Source: Macrostomum lignano (lineage: Eukaryota). From it: a stretch of DNA of 64,000 bases. Shown here one piece after another: positions 34,651-45,800 of this stretch. Each line of letters starts with the position of its first letter. The first letter of the stretch is position 1. Below the pieces are notes generated by a model, which had not been told where the DNA came from, did not search any database, and saw only the letters and a list, made by a program, of their open reading frames with translations. The position numbers and the translations under genes are program-made. The stretch is taken from the NCBI GenBank assembly GCA_002269645.1, contig NIVC01004407.1:23677-87676 (forward strand), in the 5' to 3' direction.

Positions 34651-35886
34651 CTTCGTTTCGTAGAGCTTCTCAAGTAGTAGGGGCTGACTTTCTGCAGTTG
34701 TCTCGGCTTTGAAAATTTACAGTTAGTTGCAGTTGTTTGCTGGAATCAACTGGATGGTTTCTTTCTCAAATCGCTTTCAGACTGAGAAGCGAGAAAGAGT
34801 TTTTTATTGGCAATTTCTATCTGACTTCGGCTAGAATTTTCCTGTCTAGGGGTTGGAAGAGAAAATTCCATTGTTATTGTAAACTGCTGCCTCCCTGCCG
34901 GGGTAGAGAGGTTAGCGCTAGTCACATGATTCTCAAGTTTTGTTGTTAGCAACGCGACACCAATTTTCTTCCCAACTTCCAATTACGCTCGTAATTTTCC
35001 CACAAAGACTCGCATCCCCAGTAACTGCGGAGAATTTTATGTATTGAGTTAACTGCCTGAGAAGCCTTACATGTGAAAAGTACCTGTTGCCAGGTGTGCC
35101 AGTGGCGTATTTGAGGGCTGAGTCAGGCGATACACTGCTGATACTGTGCAGGGGACGCAAGTTAGAGTACTTCTAATGCTGCTAAGGACTGCTACTCACG
35201 GGATTAGGATGCATAGTGGCTCATGGTTAGTGCCTTAGAGACAGTGCAAGCATAAATGCTAGCCCATATTCAAACAATGCTGCATATGATTAAAACTTTC
35301 TCGATAAATAAGAAAATCGAAGCAGATTGAACTGTTAGAGTTTTTACCGTAAAAAATACTAGCTTTGTTTGCGTCTATTTTAACTGAAAGCTAAATTGTA
35401 GATACAGTGGCTTTCCACGCATTATTTGCGTTCTCCAGGATGTTCTTTAGTAACATTTAATAATATCACGTAAAATCTTTATGTCTGCGTTTTATCTGAT
35501 ATTCAGCATGCCTTTTCGGGAGCTACTTTCATAAATAGCTCAAAATTCATGTTTATTCATCTACATAACTCCCGCAAAAACAAAAATTTTAAAGGTGCAA
35601 GAGCCGCAAATCTATAAAAAAGAAGATTTTAAAAAAGATCGCTCTTTCTCGCTATCTACCATCTATTGCCAGGACCTGCACCGGAGCGGTTACGAAAATT
35701 AGATTTCTCGGTAGTTGCTCGCACTCTTTTGCACTATTTGAGTAGTCTGATTTTCGTTCGGCATGGCTGGTTCCAGCAGGTAGTTCCTCTGGATAAAAGC
35801 GCTTACCGCGCCCATTGGCTTTCCAGCTGCCTTAATCGTTTCCGGTGATCTTGTGTGCGTGCATTCAGCTTGATTGGCTGCGGCTA

Positions 35887-36025
<139 letters not shown>

Positions 36026-36865
36026 CAATATTTTTAATAAAATTATGGATATGCAGCAGTGCAATGCTAAAATTCAATATAAACGGCAGGATTTCACAGT
36101 TTTCTGATTTCTCACAGACATCAGCAAATAACAGTGCAGAGAAAGACGGTTTGAGTCCAAAAGCTCGAGAGATTTACGGATCGAGAAATTGAGAAAGGCG
36201 ATGTTCTGTCAAACAAGCCGCAGCAGGCCTACGCGGAGCCCATATGCAGATCAATCAAACCTTTAGCATATAATGTCATGAGTTTCCCGCTAAGAGGAAG
36301 CCGAACTGCATGTACCAGAGTGCCACGGAATCCTGAAACCCATTCCAATGCGTGAATCTTATTGCTTCTTCGCCGGCTGCGATATTAAAAAATCTGTGCG
36401 TTATTAAACTCGCTGGGACGTGTGTACTTTTCAGTTTATTAACATAACTGTGAGAGAAGGATGTATAATATGCAAAGTAAATTGACTTCTAGGAAAGAAA
36501 ACTGAGTTCTCTGTAATGCTAATCATTTTATAGAGATTAGGAGCCACTAGGCTCGTGTGGTCAACGCGTCTCAAGCCAGAACCCTTGCTGGTTCCATTTC
36601 TGGAGTTTGTCCAACGATTCACAGTCATGAGGGTGTACACCCTGCGTGAATATTTATTTGACTTTCTAGATTAACAAGCCTAGGTGACAATGGTCTCCAG
36701 TTTTAATCGCCTCCATTATGGAGTGTAGGAAAGGTATCAAAAATCGAGGATTAAATTTGGATTTGAAAAAGTTATTTAGAGTTAAAGTCAACCTTGAATA
36801 AGTTTTCATGGCATTGTCTTTTAGACTTTCTAGACATTTGTTTCTCTTGAATCACATCCCTCGGT

Positions 36866-39800
36866 CTAGTCTGTTTTCTTATCAGCAACTGGTCGATCCT
36901 CCTCTCCTGATTGGCCTTCACGCTTAGGTTCGTCAGTTACTTCTCCTGGCTGCACCTCGTCTTCTGATTGGTTGACAGGCTTAGGTTCGTCGGTTGCTTC
37001 TCCTGGCTGCACCTCGTCTTCTGATTGGTCGACAGGCTTAGGTTCGTCATCACCCCTCCGACTCGGAGAGTTGGACTGCTTGGAAAGCTCAGACACCTCA
37101 ATCGCTTCCGTGTCATCGACAGGCTGCACAGCGTTGCTGGGAGTGGCGCGCATCAGGTTTATGTTGCAGGAGCGACTTAGGAACTTGTAGAAGCGAACAA
37201 AGTACGGATTGATAAATGCTTCGTCGACTTCTTCGCGGTAGCCGCCTTAAATAAGTATAGAATTAATTAAAATTTCGAATTCGTTAAACCAGACGCAACT
37301 AGCATTAAAACAAACTGCTTACGCGTAAATAACGACACAATAAAGCCGCCAGCCGTGGTTGCAGCGGATCCGATTATGGGAAACCACACATAGGAGAGGC
37401 TGTACCAGTCGTCGAGAGGTTCTCTAAGAAGTGTCCAAGATGTAATTTAAAAAAAACGATCAAATTAGTTCAAGAGCCAATTGAATCGAAGTTCTACGAC
37501 GTAGTAACAGTGTAGGTCTATAATATCTTTAGCGTCCCGCAAAGAGTGGTTTAATTGCGTCACACAAGACAGTGGATATGGTGTCCCACAAGAGAGTGGT
37601 TGGCATCAAATCCCACAAGAGAGTGGACATTGCGTCCCACAGCTACAAGAGAGTGGATATGGTGTCCCACAAGAGAGTGGATATGGTGTCCCATAAGAGA
37701 GTGGACATTGCGTCCCACGGCTACAAGAGAGTGGATATGGTGTCCCATAAGAGAGTGGATATTGCGTCCCACGGCTAAAAGAGAGTGGATATGGTGTCCC
37801 ATAAGAGAGTGGACATTGCGTCCCACGTCTACAAGAGAGTGGACATTGTGTCGCATAAGAGAGTGGACATTGCGTCCCACGGCTACAAGAGAGTGGATAT
37901 GGTGTCCCATAAGAGAGTGGACATTGCGTCCCACGGCTACAAGAGAGTGGACATTGCGTCGCATAAGAGATTGGTGAGCATTACATCCAACAAGATAATG
38001 GACATTGCGTCTCACGTCTACAAGAGAGTGGACATTGTGTCGCATAAAAGATTGGTGAGCATTACATCCAACAAGATAATGGACATTGCGTCCCATAAAA
38101 CGTGGACATTGCGTTCCACAATGGAATGGAATTTCATGTACTAAAATTAAGTACGTTTGCACTTCCCCCTATTCATTACTTTTGAAGCGATCGAGCGTCA
38201 TTAGATAAGTCACTGCGATGCTTACACAACAGGAGCTTGCGTAGTCCCAACTGTGGTCGGCAGCAGGGTGGTGCCGGGAGTGCCAACGTCGCAATTGCTA
38301 ATATTCGTTGGCAATCCAACAAGTTGTTTTCCATTCAGATAGGAACCAATGCTGAGCCAGCTGGATATAATCAGGCCGCAAACGGAGCCAACGAGAGCAC
38401 CCTATGAATTTGTTGTGAAAAATTGCGCTGTTTAAACTTTGCTATTGAATACTGAAATTTATCAACTCAACATTGCATTTCGTTTGTCATCTGACCATAT
38501 TAATTGCGTCTGGTATCTTAACCATTGTACTTTAGTCTGGTATCTAAAACTATTGTACTTTAGTCTAGTATCTTAACCATTGTACTTAGAGGGGGCCGTA
38601 GCCCAGCGGTAGAGCAGCTGCTCTGGTGTGCCAGCGACCCAGGCTCGATTCCAAGTGCAGTCACATTAATTTGGGGCTGAATTGGAATCTCGGCTTGGCT
38701 CTTCTCGTGCAATTAACGGCCTTGAGAGCCAACCCCCCAAGGCGCAGTGAAGTGTACATGCCTAACGATAAAATAAAGTTAGGGCCGCTGTACACTCCTG
38801 TGTGAGTGTGTGCCTGCGTACGTATCCGCGCGCTTGTATGCCTGCTCAGGGGAGTCGGCGGAATGAGCAGTAATGCCTCTCGCCGGTTGTGTGCCTATGT
38901 CGCTTAAAGTGCGCCAGGGTGCACACAACCCCCTGCCTCTAATAAAAAAAACCATTGTACTTTAGTCTGGTATCTAAAACTATTGTACTTTAGTCGGTAT
39001 CTTAACCATTGTACTTTAGTCTGGTATCTAAAACTATTGTACTTTAGTCTGGTACCTTAACCATTGTACTTTAGTCTGGTATCTAAAACTATTGAACTTT
39101 AGTCTGATATCTAAAACTATTGTACTTTAGTCTAGTATCTTAACCATTGTACTTTAGTCTGATATCTAAAACTATTGTACTTTAGTCTAGTATCTTAACC
39201 ATTGTACTTTAATCTAGTATCTTAACCAGTGCACTTACATATTTATTAACGAACGGGAATAGAACTCCCATTGAAAACAGTCCAAGCAATGGGGCACCAA
39301 AAGAACCAGAGAAAGAAAGCGATGCCTGAAGCACCGTTCCACCGAATCGAGTCGAAATTAGGCCCATTAATACCGCTGAGACTCCATAGCACACGACTGA
39401 AACAGATATAATAGCGGAAATATTGGTCGGAAAGCAGTACGTTGCAGCCAGCTTCCAACAGCAGTCACAGAGACCTCTGTAGTTTTCGACTGTGTCAGCT
39501 GGCGCCTTTCTGTAGCTAGCGCCTCCCCTCTGTAGCTGGCGCCCCCTCTGCAGCTAGCGCCTCCCCTCTGTAGCTGGCGCCTCCCCTCTGTAGCTAGCGC
39601 CTACCCTCTGTAGCTAGCGCCTTCCCTCTGTAGCTAGCGCCTCCCCTCTGTAGCTAGCGCCTCCCCTCTGTAGCTAGCGCCTCCCCTCTGTAGCTAGCGC
39701 CTCCCCTCTGTAGCTGGCGCCTCCCCTCTGTAGCTGGCGCCTCCCCTCTGTAGCTAGCGCCTCCCCTCTGTAGCTAGCGCCTCCCCTCTGTAGCTAGCGC

Positions 39801-42800
39801 CTCCCCTCTGTAGCTAGCGCCTCCCCTCTGTAGCTAGCGCCCCCTCTGTAGCTGGCGCCTCCCCTCTGTAGCTGGCGCCCCCTCTGTAGCTGGCGCCCCC
39901 TCTGCAGCTAGCGCCTTTCTGTAGCTAGCGCCTCCCCTCTGCAGCTAGCGCCTCCCCTCTGTAGCTAGCGCCTCCCCTCTGTAGCTAGCGCCTCCCCTCT
40001 GTAGCTAGCGCCTCCCCTCTGTAGCTGGCGCCTCCCCTCTGTAGCTGGCGCCTCCCCTCTGTAGCTAGCGCCTCCCTCTGTAGCTAGCGCCTCCCTCTGT
40101 AGCTAGCGCCTCCCCTCTGTAGCTAGCGCCTCCCCTCTGTAGCTAGCGCCCCTCTGTAGCTGGCGCCTCCCCTCTGTAGCTGGCGCCCCCTCTGTAGCTG
40201 GCGCCCCCTCTGCAGCTGGCGCCTTTCTGTAGCTAGCGCCTCCCCTCTGCAGCTAGCGCCTCCCATCTGTAGCTGGCGCCTCCCCTCTGTAGCTAGCGCC
40301 TCCCTCTGTAGCTGGCGCCCCCTCTGTAGCTGGCGCCCCTCTGCAGCTGGCGTCCCTCTGCAGATGTAGTTTCAGCAAAGAAACTGAAGCTATTTAATTT
40401 TTTTCACACCGGGGAAGGAGCCGAAGTTTTTAAGAATTTCGCATAAAAAAGATCAAAATCCCGCCCAGGAAATTTTGCGTGCATTTGTTAATTTTGCCTG
40501 CCTAATTGATGTTTTCGAAGCAATGACTGAACGACGTTACCGGGAAATATTCAAAGTTTTTGTTTTCTGCATCCCTCGTTTTGGTTCTTGATTGAAACCG
40601 AAGTTGAAAAAAATTGTTTTAAAAAATTAGACAGCCGTTTTAGGCTTTTTTGCTACGACTAGCTGAATGAATTGGAGGACAAATCCCTATTCAGTCAGGG
40701 AAAGGGATTACAGCCTGTGAGCCATTGATTTGCTATAGAGCGCCCACCCCATTTTTCCGGCTCCGTACGTCAGCCGGCTTTCTCTCTCTAACTCTCGCCC
40801 CCTTATCTGTACTCGTAGTAAGCAAAGTGTACATTTACGACCACTACCCCACGCAATGCAGTAGCCGACTAAATATTAAATAAATAACATCGTCTCGCCC
40901 ACTGTGGCTTTCGTACTTCTTCGTGCAACTGCCAAATCATGCATTAAACTCTTACATGGCGTCGCAAGCCATAGCACTATCGCTACCTGGCACCTTCGAT
41001 GCAGAAGGTGAGCCGCATACCATCGCACAAAAGTGGAAAAATTGGACTCGGCGCTTTGAGAGCTACCTTGTCGCGGCCGGCATCAAAGATGAAAATCAAG
41101 CTCAAGAAATCCTACTCTACTCAGCCGGCGAATTCATCCACTCGCTCGTCGAAGACAACAGCATTGCACGAGGCGAATCAGCCAAGAAACTAGCAGAAAA
41201 CATTCAAAGCCACCTGGACAAGAAAAACAACATCGTCTTCCTACGATAAATGTTTGAGACCTGCCGACAGCTAGAGGGCGAAGGAATCGATGCCTGGTAT
41301 GTCCGACTGAAGAAACTGGCGGAGCCATGCAAGTTCGGCGACTTAAGCAACTCGCTAATCCGGGACAAGATTGTGGCGTACTGCCGGTCTGAGAAAATGC
41401 GGCGCGATCTGCTCCAGTCAGGCGACATCAGCCTGGCTGACACGCTGACCAAGATCCGCGCCAGAGAAACAGCGGAGCGACAGGCGCAAGCAATGGAGCT
41501 CGGCAGCCGACCGGTGCCGGAGGACGTGGCAGCAGTGAGCAGCAGCGGCCGCGGCTCGAGAGCGGCAGACGGAAAGTCGCAGGTCACCTGCAACCGGTGC
41601 GGCAGACAAGGGCATGCTGAATGCGACACCGCCCGGGGCAAGTCCTGCAGGAAATGCGGCAAAATCGGACAGTTCGCCCGTGCGTGCAGGTCCAGTAAGG
41701 CCGGCCAGCTCAACGCCTTCCCGAGCGAGCAGGAGAACGTGACCTACCTGCTGGACAAAGACTCCGCTCCAGTCCAGGAGGGAATCTTCCACGTGGCCAG
41801 TGACCCGGCGTCAGCGAGAGTGACCGCTCAAATCGGCGGCACCTCCATGGACATCCTTATCGACAGCGGGGCCGGTTGCAACATCATGGACGTCAGCAGT
41901 TTCAATGGCCTGCCACACCGACCCCCACTGCAGCCAGCCAGCAGCCAGCTGTTTGCCTACGGAAGCTCGCACCCACTGAAGCTGGTCGGCAAGGTGACTC
42001 TGCCTGTAAATGTTTTTGGTGTCTCCAGAGACGCGCCCTTTTTTATATTCGACGGCAGGGGCGCGACGGTCCTCGGCAGAAAATCTGCAATCGAAATGGA
42101 GATCCTCCGTATCGGCCCGCCCAGCAGTCAGCCGACACCCGAGGTTCTCGCCGTCCACCGATCAGAGGGCCTCATCGACCAACTGCTCAAAGGAAATCGA
42201 CTAGCGGACGAAGACCTCCCTAAGCAACTGCAGCTGAGACACATCCTCACCAAGCACGCTCAGGTGTTCAGCGGCATCGGATGCGTCAAGAACTACACGG
42301 CAACGATCCACCTGACGGAGGACGCCAGGCCGGTCTGCCACGCGCCCTCAAGGGTTCCTGTCCACCTGGCCGCAGCGGTCGACAAGGAGCTCAAGCTGCT
42401 CGAGGACCTAGACATCATCGAGCCTGTCAACGGGCCGGCACCCTGGGTGGCTCGGATGGTCGTGGTGCCAAAGGCGCAGACCGGCGAAGTTCGAATCACC
42501 CAGGACCTCCGAGATGTCAACAGGTTTGTCATCAGGGAGCGACATCAAATCCCAACTTTCGAGGAGGTGACTGGGTGCATGGCAGGCGCCAAAGTCTTCT
42601 CGGAGCTGGATGTTGCCAAGGCTTTCTACCAGATCCTTGTGGCGGAAAGCTGCAGGAACCTGCTGACCTTCTCGACACCACGGGGGCTGCGACGGCTCAA
42701 GCGGTTGTGCATGGGCCTCTCCACGGCTCAGGAAATCTTCCAAGTCGTCATGTCAGGCATCCTGGCTGGACTCGACAAGGTCAAGTGGATTCATGACGAC

Positions 42801-45800
42801 ATCGTTGTTTTCGGGAACTCCTTGGAGGAGCACAACAGGAATCTGGCAGCATGCCTCGCCCGCCTCCAGCAGCACGGCGTCACGCTCAATCCCGGAAAGT
42901 GCAAGCTGGCCAGAGACAAGATCACATTCATGGGCATGCAGCTCTCAGCCAGTGGAGTGCAGCCCACCGAAGACAAGATCGAGACAGTCAAGGCATTCAA
43001 GGCTCCAGAGACCACCAGCCAGGTGAGGTCATTTCTAGGCCTTGTCAACTACCTGGCTGTGTTCACATCGCAGCTGTCAAAAATCGCTGAGCCACTGCGG
43101 CGCCTGACGAAGAAAGGCGCGGTCTGGAGATGGAGCGAAGCTGAAGACGCCGCTTTCAAGCAGCTGAAACAGCAGATCACGGAAGCCGGCGCCCTTAGCT
43201 TCTTCGACCAGAGACTGCGAACCGAGCTCATAGTCGACGCCGGTCCGAGAGGACTCGGAGCCATCTTGGCGCAGCGGCGAGAAGATGGCACTTCAAGACC
43301 AGTGGCCTATGCCAGCCGGTCGCTCTCCGATGTAGAGTCCAGATACTCACAGATTGAAAAGGAGGCGCTGGCAGTGAAATTCGGATGTCTCCGATTCCAA
43401 TACTACCTGCACGACGCACCTCGATTCGATGTGATCACGGACCACAAACCGTTGGTCAACATGCTGGCGCCAGGGTCGAGGCCGCCTCCTAGAGTCGAGC
43501 GAATGGCTCTGCAGATTCAGCACATGAACTTCAAGGTGGTGTATCGCCCAGGGCCCAAGAATGCGGCAGACATCCTCAGCCGACAACCGCTAGCGACATC
43601 CGGGCACAACAAAGATGCACAGCAGAACTCCGCCAGCATCGGCGCGGTACTGCAGGCCGCGGTGCCGAGAGCGCTCACGGTAGAGGACATCAGGCGGCAC
43701 TCGCAGGCTGACCCGCTGATCAAAGCCGCAATCGCCGCCATCCAGGGAGCCAGGTGGGACCTCGGCCACCCGGAGCTGAGGTCACTGTATGCACTACGAG
43801 ACGAGCTTGCTGAGGAGGACGGAGTGCTGCTTCGGCGGGACAGGATTGTGGTGCCAAGCAGCCTCCGGGAGACAATGTTGCGCCTCGCACATGCCGGACA
43901 CCTGGGACTGCGGAAGACACTGGCCAGGCTGAGCAGCAAAGTCTGGTGGCCAAAGATGAGCGCAGATGCGGACAAGGCCGTCAGCAGTTGCCGCAGCTGC
44001 ATCATGACATCACATAAGCCGACAGTCAGTGCGACGCCACTGCAGTCGTCCAGCATCCCCAAGGGCGCCTGGCTGTCGATTGGCGCCGACTTCCTCGGTC
44101 CGGTGCAGAACAAGATGCTGCTCGTCTGCGTGGATCACTACTCCCGGTATCCCGAGGTGCAGGTCATGCAGTCTACTACAGCGGAGGCAGTCATCCCGAA
44201 GCTGCGGGAATCATTCTGCAGGTTCGGCATCCCAGAGGAGCTCGTTACGGACAATGGGCCTCCATTCTCGTCGGCGCAGTTCAAGGACTTCCTCAGGAGC
44301 TTCGGAATTCGACACCGGGCCATCACTCCGCTCTACCCTGCGGCCAACGGCATGACCGAGCGCCTGAACAGATCGATCAACAAGGTCGTCCGCGCTGCAA
44401 TCGCGGAGAGCAGGGACTGGCGCGAGGCTCTGGACGAGTGGATTCTGGCGTACCGGACGGCGCCGCACGCCACAACCGGACGCGCACCCGCGGAGCTGCT
44501 GATGGGCCGCGCTTTGGGCAACGGCGTCCCCGGCCGGCGGCCTCCAGCGCGGGTGCGCATCAACGACAAGGAGCTGCGGGAGCACGACCGCAAGCAGAAG
44601 CTGACGATGAAGCGGCACGCCGACGCTGCTCGAAGACCAAGAGAGCACAACTACGCGGTCGGCGACCAGGTGCTGCGGAAACGCGTCAACCCGCTGAAGG
44701 GCCAAACCCCATTTGAGAGCGAGCCCTGGACTGTGACCAAAGTGCAAGGCAACTCGCTGCAGCTACGGCGCGGTCAGGCCACTTGTCGGCGACACTGCAC
44801 GGCCCTGAAGGCGCTGCCACCGGAGCCCGACCTGGTGGAGCCGCAGGCGGCGGCACCCGACGCTGCCGGCCCCGCCGACGTCGAGCAGAACGTGCCGATC
44901 GCCCACACTCCGCATCCGAGAGCGGCGAAGGAGGGATTCAAAGTCTACACTTGATTGAGGGGGGGGGGTGATTTGATAGTCTTGAAATCCGTCGCAACTG
45001 TTTAAAAATGTTTGAAACTGTTAAATGTCTTTTGTAACCTTTTGCGTTTTTTTCGTTTCTCGAAATGCTTTTATTCCGGCTGCGTCCGTTGTTTTTTTTT
45101 ATTCAATGGTCAGCGGCAACCAATATTTTATTTCCCCTGCAATCGGTATGTCGTTCGAGTCTCCCCGCGCTTCGAATGCAAGCATCGAGTTTTCAAAAGT
45201 GATTTTCTTTTCTGCGTTGAGGAGAGATGTGAGCCATTGATTTGCTATAGAGCGCCCACCCCATTTTCCGGCTCCGTACGTCAGCCGGCTTTCTCTCTCT
45301 AACTCTCGCCCCCTTATCTGTACTCGTAGTAAGCAAAGTGTACATTTACGACCACCACCCCACGCAATGCAGTAGCCGACTAAATATTAAATAAATAACA
45401 TCGTCTCGCCCACTGTGGCTTTCGTACTTCTTCGTGCAACTGCCAAATCATGCATTAAACTCTAACACAGCCCATAACTCTAGCAGTAGGCACAGCAGTC
45501 TCTTACTAAACAGGCGGTTGATCCACGTAGCCTTAGCCTCGGTAGCGTTCAGGCACCAGTAGGGCTTGAAAAAATCTTCCCATGTTGTGGCAGCCAGCGC
45601 GCTCAAGGATGACGATACCGAACTGCAACACAATGGCATCAGCAGCATTCAATGCCTAATGTATAATGGGTGAAACTGAAAGGGAGAAAAAGCATTTAGT
45701 TTCAAGAGCTGCTCACACAAGAACCCTTCCTTACCTCAGGGCTCCGGCGAATAGCGAAGCGATGAATAGGCCAGGAACCACTGGTATGCTGAGGTTTTCC

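Larger units (their letters stand above)
24179..35624. repeat. Segmental duplication copy A (paralogous to ~38952-56898)
   Basis: Colinear near-identity of exons, introns and intergenic DNA; homology ends at ...gagccgcaaatctataaaaaagaa (35624 vs 56898). Confidence 0.95.
40716..45467 (+). mobile_element. Ty3/Gypsy LTR retrotransposon, 4752 bp, full length, antisense within SLC5 intron 11
   Basis: TG..CA LTRs at 40716-40956 and 45228-45467 with 3 differences in ~240 nt. 5-bp TSD CAGCC (40711-15 / 45468-72), and the empty site is visible in copy A (26056-60). PBS TGGCGTCGC directly after the 5' LTR; PPT GAGGAGAGA at 45219-27. Confidence 0.97.

Noticed and set aside
33728-34677. Antisense ORFs over the FReD genes (also 54999-55951, 57535-58204, 59326-60242)
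   Set aside because: Shadow frames of the GC-rich FReD CDS, repeated only because the genes are duplicated.
38591-38660. tRNA gene
   Set aside because: A and B boxes are present, but there is no complete cloverleaf and it continues into a 360-bp repeated body with an A tail, so it is a SINE.
42784-42801. RT motif IHDD instead of YxDD as a sign of inactivation
   Set aside because: Both catalytic Asp residues are kept, and non-Tyr variants of this motif are common in invertebrate Gypsy elements.
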